NCBI RefSeq assembly: GCF_004010195.1
Contig: NC_057728.1
Coordinates: 41,768,844 to 41,832,843, forward strand
DNA from: Chiloscyllium plagiosum
Taxonomy: Eukaryota
Direction of reading: 5' to 3'
Length of the DNA: 64,000 bases
Shown here: positions 12,945 through 26,299 of the stretch, in pieces
Numbering within the stretch: the stretch's first letter is position 1
How the letters are laid out: each line of letters opens with the position of its first letter
Position numbers and translations under genes: made by a program
Notes under the pieces: model-generated
What the model saw: the letters and a program-made list of their open reading frames with translations, nothing else
Database searches by the model: none
Told to the model about the DNA's origin: nothing

Positions 12945-13149
12945 ATGTCAAATTCTTACAAAATGTTCTGATGCAAGGCCCTTGAAACTTATAATAAAAA
13001 CAAACAGGAATAATAACTCATGTAGAAAAGGCCTAAAAATTATTAATTGAATCTTGCTCTATGCCTCTTTAAACTTATTTCCATGCACTTCTAAACTTAA
13101 CTGTTCCAATGAACTCCTGGCAGATCACCCATATTTGACCCTCCAACAT

Positions 13150-13514
13150 TTTCCAAAACTCTGCTGCTCATGTTTTAGGTTGAACCAAGTCCCATTCAAC
13201 CAGCACCCCTGAGCTTGCTGATATATATTGGCTCCCGACTGAGCAATTTTTACATTTTAAAATATTCTTTCTTGATTGCAAGACCATGCCTACAGCTGCC
13301 CAGATCTTAATCTCTGGAAATCTCTCCATCTCTCTCTGCCTCTGTACCTTATTTCTCCCTTTCAAAGTCTCCTCAAAACCTGCTTCTTTGAACAAACCTT
13401 TGCTCAACTGTCCTATATCTCCTTATATGCCTCAGTATCGTACAGTTTTATAATGCTTCTGTGAAATACCTTGGATGTTTAAGTTAAAGGTGTTAAATAA
13501 ATATAAGTTGTTGT
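13150..13514 (+). mobile_element. L2-type LINE 3' end, degraded
   Basis: ttggctcccg (L.WLP-like), ttcaaagtctcctcaaaacctgcttctttg (FKSLLKT.FF) and tail tataagttgttgt. Confidence 0.6.
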
Positions 13515-14871
13515 GGATCAGCATTCCGCAATTCTAGATGTCTGTGATATCTGAATGAAGAACACTGTGTGTAAGACATGCTGCAACATTGGGAAGCCTT
13601 TATTCTAATGTTCAAATAAATCTCTTGTCCAGCTGTGGAGCTTCCTGCTGCAATTTCTTTACTAGCAATGGAAACACAAATCTAATAGAGATAAAAACCA
13701 GCCCCACTTTTTGTACCAATGCCAGGTGGATTATTTGAGAAATTTCATGCACCACCCAACTGATCTACTTGTATGCCACATTTGTTGATATGGGTCGAAA
13801 CATGTAGCGCTGGAAAAGCAGGTCAAGCAGCATCTGAGGAGCAGGAGAATCGATTGAGTGGGAAATCAAAGAGGAAGGCTTTCCTCAGGCCCACCACTGC
13901 TTCCCTCTGGAAGTTCTATTGCCTGCGCTATATGTCTCGCAAATATGAGTGGCCAAAATGACATTGTACAGTACATTTCTCATTTGTTTATGTCTCTGCA
14001 CTTCAGGGTACAAGAAATTGAATACATCCTGGCAGCCAGGTTGCTATGATTTGCTGGCACTGGTGAGCATTTGGTGGAGGGTGGGGGTTGCGAGTTGATA
14101 TAAATTAAAATTTGAAGGCATTTCTTGCAGCACAACCAATTGCACAATAAATGACTGCATTACGCAAAAAATCCACTTTGAAATAAAACATTCCATTTCT
14201 TATATACATCTTTAAGTTATATTCAGGCATGGCAGAAAATTCCCATGCTCCCGAGCTCACCGTCAACATACCCATTCAGGCAACCCCCCCCCCCCAAAAA
14301 AAAACCCAAGGTTTGCAAACTGGTGGTAAATGCCAGCTTTGCCCACGCAAATCATCTTGGTGAGCCAAACCCTGAGAAAGTGCTTGAGGACACGACTCAG
14401 ACATTGGCTAGACAGATAGCCATTTCAACAAAGAAGAGAGTCTGCCTGAAATATGTAATCTGGAATTCAAATAGTATTTATTATTGGCAAGATCAAAAAT
14501 ATGAAAGCAGCTTAAATGACAGCTGTAAGTAATCTTTAGTAATTTAATAGCATGTACAAAAGAGGTTCTGCAAGATAGACAGCTTTGATGCAATAGGAAT
14601 TGTCCTTTTTATGTTGTAGGTGGTTGATACATCAGCTAATTCCACTTTAAAAGAATTGTACATATGCAAGCTTGTTTAAACTCGATGCTTGCGTGTAGTC
14701 AGATCCTGGTTCTTTCCTTAGTGGCTGTGAAAGGTCCATGAGACCAACAATCTGTAAATGCAATGTAAATGCATCATTATTAGATTTCTACATACACTAT
14801 GTTCTCCCATAAAGTGGTTTCCTGTGATAATCCTCAAATGAGAAGGAAACAATTGATCTGGAACATGTTTA

Positions 14872-15345
14872 ACCCTACAAGGATGTGATTGCTCTCAAGA
14901 GGATGCAGTGGCGATTCATCAGGATGTTACCTGGACTGGAATATCTCAGCCATGAAGTGATACTAAATAGGCTCTGGCTGTTTTCCTTAAGACAGAGGAG
15001 GCTGACTGTGGACTGACTAAGATGTACAAAATTGTAAAGTGCACAGATAGAAACTTCTAACTTAGAAGAGGGGTCAATAATGAAGGGCATATGTTTAAGA
15101 TAGGAGGCAGAATGTTTAGAGGGGATTGAAGGAAGAACTTTTCACCCAGAGAATGGTGGGTACCCAGAACTCACTGTCTGAAGGGTTGATCAAGGCAGGA
15201 AACATCACAATATTTAAGAAGTATTTAGATGATAATTAGATATACCATACATGATTACAGCCAAGTGCTGGAAAATGGCACTAGAGTAGATTGGTGCTTG
15301 ACAGCCAGCGCAGACATGATGGGCCAAAGGGCCTGATCACAGGCT
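14872..15345 (+). mobile_element. CR1 LINE 3' fragment
   Basis: RMQWRFIRMLPGLE..RLWLFSL, ttttcacccagagaatggtg, tail gatgggccaaagggcctg. Confidence 0.85.
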
Positions 15346-15804
15346 GCATATTCATCAGATAAGTCTACAGGTAAGCTAGAAGAGTGATAAATAAGATAAA
15401 AATAACAATAGCAGACAAAAGGGTCATGATTAAGTATATAGTGCCTTGAACTTCAGAGTTACCTCAGTCTATCTATGCTCATTGGTAGTGGTTGATCTTG
15501 TAACCAGCTGAATTATTCTGGATCCTCAAAATAGACCTTCCAACTAAAACATAAAGTTTCAGCTAAAGTCTGGAGGAGGAGATGTGGTCAAAGTATTTTT
15601 TTTGTCCACTCATAAGTCAATTGCTGAAAAATAAGATTTCGGTAACAACAGATCCAACAAGTATTTGATTTGATACCAGAAACAAATAATATTTAGGGAA
15701 AATCAGATTGGCTTAGATGCTCAGAAGCAACTAGTTGTCACAAATCTTTAAATTTGTTGCTTGAAATAAAAGATAGCAATAAACTAAAATAATGTGACTC
15801 TCTG

Positions 15805-16150
15805 ATGGCACTCTTGCGTCTGATTCAGAAATGGGATTCAAACTTTATTTCAACAGACCTGCGCTGACAAAATCCAGGCCGATATTCCAGTGTAGCACTG
15901 AGGGAGTACTGTATTTTTGGAAGTGTCACTTTACAAATTAAGTGCTAAACTGTGCACTATCTGCCCCCTCAGGTGCACGTAGGAGGGGACCCTTGGCCGA
16001 TGTACCCCGCAACCAACAATGTGCAATAAATTGGCTGCAGTATTTCCCTACATTACAACAGACAGTATGTCATTGGCTGAAAGTATTTTTCCCTTTTCTA
16101 TAGTAGGTAATACATGTATGTTAAAATACAAATCATTACTTCGAAATGAA
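15805..16150 (+). mobile_element. Deu-domain SINE (SacSINE1-like), degraded
   Basis: ccagtgtagcactgagggagtactg, ctgccccctcaggtg and aaattggctgcagtatttccctacattacaacag resemble recalled Deu-SINE motifs. Confidence 0.6.
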
Positions 16151-16984
16151 AGTGGGTCACGAGACCAAGATAAACAGGCACAGAAGGTTCTTCCTTGGAA
16201 GCGTAATGTTTCTGTTTCTCATCAGGTTTGCCAGTAACAGTCCTGTTTGTTTTGAAAAATAAACATCATAGCTTTGCCATCGCTTCCAATTTTTTAAAAT
16301 GATTTAATGTGCTGATCAAAAGGCTTCGAATAACAACATGTGTCATCATCTCGAGTTCGAAACTTGCAGCAATACTGCAGGCTAAAACACATCACTTCGC
16401 TGCTGCTATGCACTTTGCTTTCCAACACTGGTCCATTTTTGCGCATGGCAATGAAAACTAAGTCAAAATATTGACGATAGCATAACAGCCCTGCTATCGA
16501 AAATTTCAGCATGCCTGGCCAGCAATTTGAGAAATTGTCATGTTGTCCATTTCCTGCCTGTCAGGGGGCTACGGCTGCATTCGGAGCATGTGTGAAGTGC
16601 TTATATTGTGCAGTAACCTTGTTCTGCTTGTTAATTCCTGGATTACTGCTTGTTAAAGGAGAGCTCACAAAATTCCAAACTTCACAAAGCACATGTGCGA
16701 TGTGTTAATTTCACCTCGTATAAAATGAATGCAGCAGCCGAGGCAGGTTCTTGCATATCAGGAGCAGGCAGTTTGTGCGTGAAGGAAATACACCATTTCA
16801 GTGCTTTCCTATCCACATGCATGGCCCAGATCTTCCGGTCTCCGGATAGGGGACAGCTGCCTGACGAGACCCCTCGGAAGTCTCTCAGCACTCATACCTC
16901 TGATGGGCAATTACCCAGTCTCTGGAACCAGCGGTTCAATCTCAGCCATGCAGCCTATCATTGTGGGGAGGCATTAACTTCTGA

Positions 16985-17185
16985 AAGCAAAACAAGAATT
17001 GCTCGAGAAACTGTGTAGATCTGATACCATCTGTGGAGAGAGAAACAAGAGTTAATGTTTTGAGTTGAGTTATTCCTCCTCAGAAACGTTCACCCTGCTT
17101 TCTCTCTCTCTCTCTATAGGCTTGCTGAGTTCCTCCAGCACTTCCTGATTTTGTCTCAGATTTCCAACATCTGCAGTTGTTTATT
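16985..17185. mobile_element. Old palindromic Penelope-type element (family C)
   Basis: Inverted arms (ggagagagaaac / tttctctctc; aattgctcgagaaact / agttcctccagcactt), terminus cagatttccaacatctgcagt. Confidence 0.6.
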
Positions 17186-17489
17186 TTATTTTGGCATTGG
17201 TTTCTGGTTTTGGAAGTGAATATAGGTCCCAGAGGTTTGGACAGCAGCAGGAAATAGGAGAAGGAATCTGGTCTTGTCTCTTCCAGAAAAGGTCCCCATT
17301 CTTCAGTTTGAATTGGCAACTTTGTAGATATATTTACCTTAACAGTAACCCAGGAAAAATTAGAAGGATTAAGAAAACGTGCTTTAACTCTTGACTAACT
17401 ATACTAGTGACACCCAACCCTCAGCGCTCAGACAAGCCCCTCCACCAACACAGACTCAACCCTCGACTGACACTCCATTCCTCTCAATA

Positions 17490-17752
17490 AAACCCACCAT
17501 GGCAGGTGGTGAAATTTGACTTGAACAAAAAAAAAGTTGGTACAATGGTAACACTGCAGTTGCTTATCATAAAAACTCATCTGGTACACAAATATCTTTT
17601 AGGAAGGAAATCTGCCATACTTCCATGGTCTGACTTACATGTGACTCAAATGCACAGCAATGTGGTTAATCTTAACTTCCCTAAGGGCCATTAAAGATTG
17701 ACAATAAATGCTGGCTTAGCCAATGATGCCCATATCCCGTGAATGCATAAAA
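17490..17752 (+). mobile_element. SINE sharing its body with the 7030-7790 LINE and its tail with LINE 3' ends
   Basis: cccaccatggcag..aggaaggaaatctgcc..cacagcaatgtggtt joined directly to caataaatgctggcttagcc..gcccatatccc.tgaatgcataaaa. Confidence 0.75.
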
Positions 17753-18344
17753 GTTGACTCCACTTACAGTGTCCAGAGTCATGGGCACCCCCGATACCTG
17801 AATTCCTGGCTCACCCTGCCCTATCACTGACATACCTACCACCTGTACCCCCTTATTCACCTTCCACCCTATACCCTCACCTACATTCTACTCTGTCCCC
17901 TCATTCACCTGCTATACTGTACTCCTGCTAATGTGCCACCCTGCCCTGCTTAACCTTTCTCGCACTTGGCAATCCCCTCATTCAACTGGCATCCTCCCCC
18001 TCATCCACCTGGCATCCTACCCTTCAGCCACCAACTGCTGATCCCCTTATCTGCTTGCCACAGCACACCCTCACACACGCCTTCTCTCCCTCTCAAATTG
18101 GTTTGGACCTTTAAATCCTGGAATGTGGCAATTACTGGTAGTGTGACTTGGGCTCCAGTCCTGATTGTATTTGGCAGCTTCCCAGATCAGATGCACACCC
18201 CATTTCTGAAGAATGACAAATTGAATATTCAGACCAGAAACATGGAGTTCTGGGTACAGAATGTTAAAAGTAGCAGAATGCTGTGCTTGTAGAAATGGAC
18301 AAACTTGGGTTGCCCAACATGGCTTCATAATTTCTTAATATAAA

Positions 18345-18720
18345 AGATGCCAGTTTTTGAAGGAATGATGAAATTGGTGGATGAGACATTGTAGATACTT
18401 TCCATTTAGACATTTAAAAAGCTTGTGATAAGATACCACACAAAAGAGTTTACTATCAGATTGAAGAAACCTCTACATTAATGAAAACATTGAGAACTGA
18501 GAATGGTCACATTTTGACCTGCTTGTAGAGTGGTCACCAGTGGTGCCCTGCAGAGATCAATGTTGAGAAGATTTTTCTTTATTGTTTTTATCAAGCATGA
18601 TTTGAAATTTTGCAGATGCTATTAAGGTCCGTTTAAGTGTTAGGAAGAGAGGTGACATTATCAGATAGATCTTCATGTGTTGGGTAATTAGGTTCATGAC
18701 TGCCAATGATATTTACCATA
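18345..18720 (+). mobile_element. Old CR1 RT fragment
   Basis: LDI*KACDKIPHK (DFxKAFDKVPH-like), VTSGALQRSML, tttgcagatgct (FADD-like). Confidence 0.65.
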
Positions 18721-19066
18721 AATTGAGGTATATAAATCAACCTAGCCTATCTAATGACTATATTTTTCCAACCATAAAATTTATGTTTTTACATATACTC
18801 CATGTGTAAGGCAGTCCCGGTTGATAGGAACAACATGTCAAACTCACATGTGAAGTCAGGCTCAATTTTCTCCCCACAAGTGAATGTTTACTTACTGCTA
18901 CCATATAAATGGTCATGAAGGATCAAACTGGTGATGGGGGCTATGTTGCAAAGTTGCTTGAGTGTTTAAGATACACCTGCATTTTGTGACTGATGTTAAT
19001 GACATTTCAAAATGGGGACCATTCCCATTTACTGTGGTGGTTCATTTTCATGCTTGGTACATATTA

Positions 19067-19371
19067 GGGCGGCACAGTGGCTCAGTGGTTAGCACTGCTG
19101 CCTCACGGTGCCTGTGACCTGGATTTGATTCCCACCTTGGGTGACTGTCTGTATGGAGTTTGCACATTCTCCCCGTGTCTGTGTTCGATTCCTCTCACAA
19201 TCCAAAGATGTGTAGGTCAGGTGAATTGACCATGCTGAATTGTCCATAATGCATTAGTCAGGGGTAAATATAGGGTAGGGGAATGGGTCTGGGTGGGTTA
19301 CTCTTTGGAGGGTTGGTGTGGATTTGTTGGGCCAAAGGGCCTGTTTCCATACTGCAGGGAATCTAATCTAA
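19067..19371 (+). mobile_element. tRNA-derived SINE (HE1/V-SINE-like)
   Basis: gggcggcacagtggctcagtggttagcactgctgcctcac ... aatctaatcta. Confidence 0.92.
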
Positions 19372-19829
19372 ATTGATCCCTCTCCTTGGAGGGATTATCC
19401 AACAGCTAATTGTTTTATCAGCAATTATGGTAACTTAGAAATCTTAAGATTATGCCTGTGGGCAGGTCAGATACACATCATTCAAGCTAACATCAGTTAA
19501 AAAGGATAAAAGAGGGTGGAAAATAAAAGAATATGTGCATGCATAGATCATACAGGGGACTGAACTATTCATTGAAAATTAGACGGAAGATGAGGAATTC
19601 AATTTTCTCCTTGTAGATGATCATTTGGCATATTGACCAGAATTTTGTCAGTGCAACAGGATGGCTGAAAACTTGTTCATAAATCAGACATGACCTGGCT
19701 TGACTGACTGTAGGTGTCCTGGCTGAAATTTCCAGCCGTTTGACAACTAATTCATTGTTGTCAGAGTTTCTGTCCCTTTAAAGCTCAGGTACCCATCTGC
19801 TACAGTCACTAGCCTTCGAATTTGTTAGT

Positions 19830-20029
19830 CTAAAAAACAACATCAGCAAATCAGGTGGGTTTTCCCAACATTTGACTTTGGCTTTCATGGTTATCATCAG
19901 ACTTTTAAATCCAGATATTTATTGAATTCCAATTCCACCATGGTAGGATTTGAACCCAGGTCCCCAGAACATTAATTGGGTTTCTGGATTAATAGTCCAG
20001 TGATACTATCACTGAGGCATTGCCTTCCC
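19830..20029 (-). mobile_element. tRNA-like head and body of the 7030/17490 family
   Basis: Minus strand: ggcaatgcctcagtgat (A box-like), gggttcaaatcc (B box), then taccatgg..aatctggatt..agtctgatgataaccatga. Confidence 0.7.
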
Positions 20030-20527
20030 ATGGTATCTTAGGGCTCTGGAGCCAGTCAGGCAGATCCCAGCAAAGAGTTCCGGGCAGTTGATGAGAGCAG
20101 GGGAGATGGTTGAAATGTTTGCCATGGAGTAGTCATTATATGTCCGTAAGAGTGCCTGAATAGAAGACCTGCCCTCAGGGAAGCCACCAAGTTTTACCAG
20201 ATGGTTGCCCACATAGTGCTAAAATGTCAGTGACGGTAGAATGATGCTCTGGATTTCCCAACAAGTGGCTAGAAGTGTCTAGCTTTGCTTCTTCATATGA
20301 TAGTGATATAGAATGCAGAGAGGTGTCATGAGACTGATTCTAACTATAAAGCATCTCACAAATCATTGGAGACTAAAAGAGTTGAGACTCTACATTGCAG
20401 AGAAATGTAGACTTAGGGGTTACCTGAATACAGTCATAAAATAATGAAGAGAATAAATTACATTCCAGTTTTTGTTTAAATTAAGTATTTTAAAGAGGAT
20501 CAGGGTCATAATTTTAACCTGCTTTCT

Positions 20528-20800
20528 TTTTATTCAATCATGGAATATGGGCATCAGTGGCCAAGCCAGCATTTATTGCTCATTCCTAATTGCCCTGGAG
20601 AAGTGGTGGTGAGACATCTTCTTGAAGAGCAGCAGTCCATGTGATGTAGGTATACTGACTGCATTGTTAGGAGGGGAGTTCCAGGATTTTAACTCAGTTA
20701 TAGTATGGTACTGATGATATATTTCCCAGTCAAGACATATGTGACTTTGAAGGGGACTTCCAAGTGCTGATGCTCCCTTGTCCTTCTCAGTGGTTTTCCG
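20528..20800 (-). mobile_element. LINE 3' end (tail shared with the 17490 SINE)
   Basis: ttattcaatcatgg..tgggcatcagtggccaagccagcatttattgc..aattgccc..ccaggatttt is the reverse complement of that tail plus upstream LINE sequence. Confidence 0.7.
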
Positions 20801-21528
20801 TAGAAGGATTGAAAGGTGTAGTCAAAGTTGTTGTGTAACACCAGATCGAAGGTAGCTCTTTTGTCATATTGGATCTGTACTCGATGTTGTCAATGCTAAC
20901 TCAAGCATTTCCTCAGTCAAGAGCTTGATCTGTTTCTGGTTGGAGCTTATATCATCTCTTGCAAAAGAGTAGATACTCAGGGATCAGGACCAGTGTGATC
21001 TCCTGAATTATGGTTTAGAAGGGTCAGAGTGAAATTTCCCAGTTTTTTTCTCTAACCTGGCCTGGGTTTCTATCTGATTTCTTGCCTCGTGCAGAACATT
21101 ATAGATACTGGGATTCTGTCATACAGATAGGGTTCGTACCCACCAATCAGGGAACGGCAGCATTTCCCTGTGAGTTCTGTAAGGGAGCCTGGTGAAGTCA
21201 AGTGCTCTACAATATGTAAGTGGCTGTTATTGGACATTCCATGAAATTGAGAATCCTAGTCGTAGAAATCCCCCATGGTGAGAGCTGCTGATCAGTCAGA
21301 GGTTGTCCATTTCTTATTACTGCCAACAGTGTTCAGATGTTCTTTATTATCATGAGGTCCCTGGACCAAAGCTGAGTGAAAGCAGGAATAGGGTTTGAAG
21401 GGTAAGGATTGTGGCAGAGTGGGGAATAATGTTGCCTCTAAGGTGTGGCAGCTATGCTGGCATCTGTGCATAATAGATGCCCACTGTGTTATCAATGAGC
21501 CTGATGGACAGTCTGGCAGTGGTGACTG

Positions 21529-21720
21529 CTGAAAATGTGTTGCTGGAAAAGCGCAGCAGGTCAGGCAGCATCCAGGGAACAGGAGAATCGACGTTCCTGA
21601 AGAAGGGCTTATGCCCGAAACATCGATTCTCCTGTTCCCTGGATGCTGCCTGACCTGCTGCGCTTTTCCAGCAACACATTTTCAGCTCTGATCTCCAGCA
21701 TCTGCAGACCTCACTTTCTC
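21529..21720. mobile_element. Palindromic non-autonomous PLE (family A) with 16-bp TSD
   Basis: Arms 21528-21589 and ~21623-21686 are inverted; TSD ctggcagtggtgactg at 21513-21528 and 21721-21736; HHR core at 21597-21624 has an ATC variant. Confidence 0.85.
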
Positions 21721-22619
21721 CTGGCAGTGGTGACTGGTAGTTGTAATTCAGTGATTTCGGCCTCTGACTTAACCATGGGAGGTTTTGCTTGTGTCAAGAG
21801 AGTGATATGGGACGTTTCCCATAATTAAATGGTCCCAGCTGCTCTGTTTCCTACCATGTCTGTTTCATTTTTTTCATTTAACCATGGAAAGCATTGTAGC
21901 TGAGTATGATTATTTTTTTCATCTAATGTTCACACAAAATAAATGTTGACACTGATCATAATTAATTTTTATGCTGCAGGAGAATGATCTCCCCACTTCT
22001 TGGCATATGATCAGCAGCAAGTGTTCTTAGCTGAGATGAACCATTTCAGATGTGGTGGGGAGCATGTTGTGGTCCATAAGGTATTGCAATTGTCTACAAC
22101 AGATTGGGTGGACTAGAAGGTCTTTACCTGTTTATGTTATTGCTTTTGTTAATATGCGTCGTGCAAAAGGTCCATAAATTTCTCACAGTGGACAGTAGCA
22201 TGAGTTACTGACTGTCTCAAATATGAGGGTGAGTAGTCCGTGCAACATTTAATATAAAACTATAGTTTATACCTATGGAAAGATATCCTAACCTATCAAT
22301 ATGTAAGTAAGTATCATACTCACCATCTTCTCCCTCAAGGGTAATTAAGGAGGGCAACATAGTCAGGAATACAAAAGTGACTCCTGCTCACTTCCCAGGA
22401 ATATCCACAATGCTTCAGTTCATCACAGTTATTCCTGTGAGGTTTCTTTGAAATAGGAGAGAAATCAGTAGGATAACTATCTGGAGATTGCTCTCAATCC
22501 AGATAAAGCAGATCACAGGCACAGAGCAAACACAAAAAGACCCATGCAATCATCAGGACCATTACTGAGCATATTATTGACATATTAAAGCAGGAATTTC
22601 AATGTCCATACAGTGCTTT

Positions 22620-23400
22620 TCATTATTTATTCAATTTTAGAATTTAGGTGTTCCTAGCTCGGGCAGCATTTATTGACTATTTCCATTTTCTATTGAAAAT
22701 ATGTTGGCAAGCCTTCTTGAGCCATTGCAGTGCATATGGTGATGGCACTCCCTCAATATTATAGAAACCAAAAATACTGGAAATACAGGTCTGACATATC
22801 TATACAGATTGAAATTAAGTTAATGTTTCAGGTCACTGAACTTTAAGCAGTGCCTCCATTAGTGTAGTTAAGCAGAAAGTTCCAGGACATCAGAAATAGG
22901 ACCAATGAAGGAATAGTGATAAATGTCCAACTTTGGATGGCATGGAAAGTTCAGTGGGGCTTCAGGTCAATGCAACTCCTGGGTGTGGATAATGGGGTAT
23001 CAGCAATGATCATGCTATTGATCATCAAGAGGAGGTGGACTCTCTCTTCTTGTAGGTGTTCATTGCCTGGTTTTTATGTAGTTTGAATGTTATTTGCCAT
23101 TGATTATGCTAAATCTTGAATATCTAGGTTGCACTGCATGTGAGCATGAGGAAAGTTTATCAATGAAGTAGCTGAAGATCATCAATCCTGGGATATTCTC
23201 CAGGGAACTCAGGTAGTGATTTCCTGGGACCAAGGTGATTGGCCTCTGACAACCACAATTAAATCTTCCTATATGCTGGATGCAACTTCAACCAGTGGAA
23301 AGCTTGCTCCTCCATCCCCCTTGCGTTCAGTTTCACTGGGACTCCTTGGCGCTACACTGCTTGAATGCTCAATTCTGGATTTTCTATCCTATTGTTTAGC
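22620..23400 (-). mobile_element. Degraded LINE fragments (same family as 20528), with a family C PLE piece at ~22770-22835
   Basis: cagcatttattgac..aagccttcttgagccattgcagt and agttccaggac match the 20528 copy. Confidence 0.5.
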
Positions 23401-23479
23401 AATTCTCTCCTTTACTAAACAAATAAAGCTATATTGGAATATAGGTCTTACACAATTCTGGGTGGTAAGCATTGTGTAG

Positions 23480-23872
23480 ATCATTTAACCATGGAAAGCA
23501 TTACAGCTGAGTATGATTGTATTTTCACCTAATGTCTGCGCAAAATAAATGTTGACACTAATCATAATGAATCCTTTTGCTACAGGAGAATGCTCTTCCC
23601 ACTTCTTGGCACATAGTCAGTAGCAAGTGTTCCTAGCTGAGGTGAAACATTTGCCAGATGTAGAGTAAAGCTTTCTCTATTTCATCCTGTCACCATACCT
23701 TAATCCCAGACTCAAAAAAGAACCTGCTATTACGTAAGTGTCATTTTTTCCATTTTCCACACAGTTCTCTTTAAGGCCTCTGTGAGAGAGTTTGTCAAAT
23801 TAGTGCCTATTTGTGGCTAGTTTTCCGCTATGAATCTGAGCTCAGTAAGAACTATATAATACAGCCCAAAAC
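23480..23872 (-). mobile_element. LF-SINE-like element
   Basis: Minus strand aaataggcactaatttgacaaactctctcacagaggcc..tgtggaaaatggaaa aligns with 49480-49545; its distal 175 bp recur at 21875-22052. Confidence 0.5.
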
Positions 23873-26299
23873 TAATTTCCAGTAGGTCTTTTGCAGGCAC
23901 AAAGAAAATAAACTTAATTATATCTGAGCTGCATTTAAATTTTAAGCTTCATTGGTGAGGGCATGGTGAATCTCCTTTCAACACTTGGATATAATGACAT
24001 TTGGATTTTGAGAAGAACATTAACTACATGAAAATATCAGAAGATGGTCTTGGAAAAGATATGATTAAAATTGATTTCACATTAATGGAGCACAAAACTG
24101 TACTTCTTATGAAAACTGAGATGTAACTTGTCGAGGAATCTGGGTGCCTTTTCTGCTCTGAATGCCCATTTCTGGATTATGGCACCCTTCTGTACTACTT
24201 CCTTATGACCTGCCTGAACGCCACGGTCAGGTCCTTTGGTCCACTTGTGTGGTCTCTTTCAACCTGACATTGTGTCCTGGCCAGATACCATTTCCTGCTA
24301 ATTTTGGATGGAAAGCTGAGGGCCTACAAATAGGGGACTCTCACATTAAATGCTACAAGGTGAGGAGGATTTGGTCTTGCTGTGGCCTGTGACTGGTCAA
24401 TTTCTGCCCTGAGTTAAAATCGAGGCTCACATTTAAATAAGAGAAGTTATTGGGGGAGCCACATTGCTGTTCCTTAGAGTAACAACATGAAGTTTCACTG
24501 ATGAGACCCCATTGATCCGCTCGGCAAAGTGAGGCTCAGAGTGAAAATAATTAATGCAATGCAATGAGAATGGAAAAGAACGATGGGCTTCGGTGTTTAT
24601 GGTAAACATTGATTGGAATGACCAAGGGTAAGTAATAAGATATTAGTAAGAAATATGACATTAGGACATTTAATCACATAACACATCAGATCCATAGAAC
24701 TCACCAACGGTCCTGTTAACATACATTTCAACCACTTCTCTTTTTTTAGAACTATGTCTATTTATCTCTCAGTTTCTGCAACCTCCATTAGTTACTTTGC
24801 ATGGTAAAGTGTTCTACAATTTCTCTCGGTGAAAATGCTTGATTTGATGTAGATTCTTACAAATGGTTAAAATTTACTACTTTTAATTACCTTAGTTCGA
24901 CGACTTTTGAAAGAAGTGGAGATGATTTTGCATAGTTTATCATGTTGAAGTTAAACAAGAGATATTGTAAGGCTATTCAACCATGGAATCAAGATGGTTG
25001 AAATTGAACCTATCTTAATATAACATCCACACAAGTGCACTTCCAGAAGTTCTTGGAATCCTGTCCAACTTTATAAAATTATGAGCCCTTGGGCACCAAA
25101 ACCAGATGAAGCATCAAACTGGCAACTCCAGCTGAAATCAGCTAATCTTCTCCAGACTGGAAATTGAATAAAGAGTATTCTGGCTTTTGGTCTGTATGGG
25201 TTAGTTCCACATTACATAAGTAGTGTGAAAATTGTAAATAGACTAATACAAAATAACAATCCACTCATCTAACCTGCATTCTTGTCATACCAGCATATCA
25301 GACTATAACAATTTATTTCGATGTCAAAGGTACTACATACATTTGTCAGAAAAGCCCACTTATTACAGTTGTTAGTTAAATTTAGTAGGTTAAATCCATT
25401 CATATAAGCGCTTTTTTTGAACTTCATGAGGACACATTGCTCACTCAAATGATGCCAACTCTTGCAGCTTATAGCAAGCTACCAGCTCAGGAACCATATT
25501 ATTTGTAATTTTGTTATTGTTACACAAAACTAATTGCAATCAAAGTTCATTGCCCCACACAGAAATCAATCCAGTGTGTTTTCCTATTATATTGTAGTAT
25601 GTTCCAAAAAGTAACCAGTGAGGAACATTTATAACTGACAATGACAATTCATATAGAATTCTAACTCAATACCAAGTCCAGGCTATGATTTCCTCATGAG
25701 GATTCCTCCAAGAAATACGCAATCTAACTACACAAATTGAATCCCATTAAAGCCCTGCATTATACTAAAAGCAACCTTTGGTCTTTTCTTTGATTTGACC
25801 TATATTTGTATACCATGTGCTAATTTACCATTTTCACAGTAAAATTAGAAGAATTGGAGAACTGAATCCACAGAAAGGCAGTAATATTCTTGGATTTCTA
25901 TACAATAACCACATATAAGATCTTCAGTCAACATAAATAATGGTCCTAATTATAAACAGATGGCATTGTGGAATGTGATCACCGAAACACTGGTTGAAAT
26001 TGTAAAGAAAATTGAATTTGACTTACCCAACCAACAAAGAAAAATATGCCCTTATCTCTTGGTGTTCAATGACTTTTCCAAGGTGGAGCATTGTTACACG
26101 AGATACGCAGGTAAATTTTGCAGACTGGCCTCCGCATGACCACAGAATATAGGCAAGATACATAAAACAAGGTTCATGCTAATTTCGTAGTAAATGTTCT
26201 CCCTACCATGTTTGTTTTTACTAATAGTAGACTTTACAAGGTAGCTAGCTATTCTTTATTCTTCGGTGTTGCTTTTCAGTAAATGTAATAATTCTGAAT

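Noticed and set aside
16650..17018. 122-aa ORF and the many other 60-120 aa ORFs
   Set aside because: No recognisable domains; lengths expected by chance or antisense to repeats
24483..24546. ctgatgag...ctc-ggcaaa as a hammerhead
   Set aside because: The required GAAA strand is missing and helix III is not convincing
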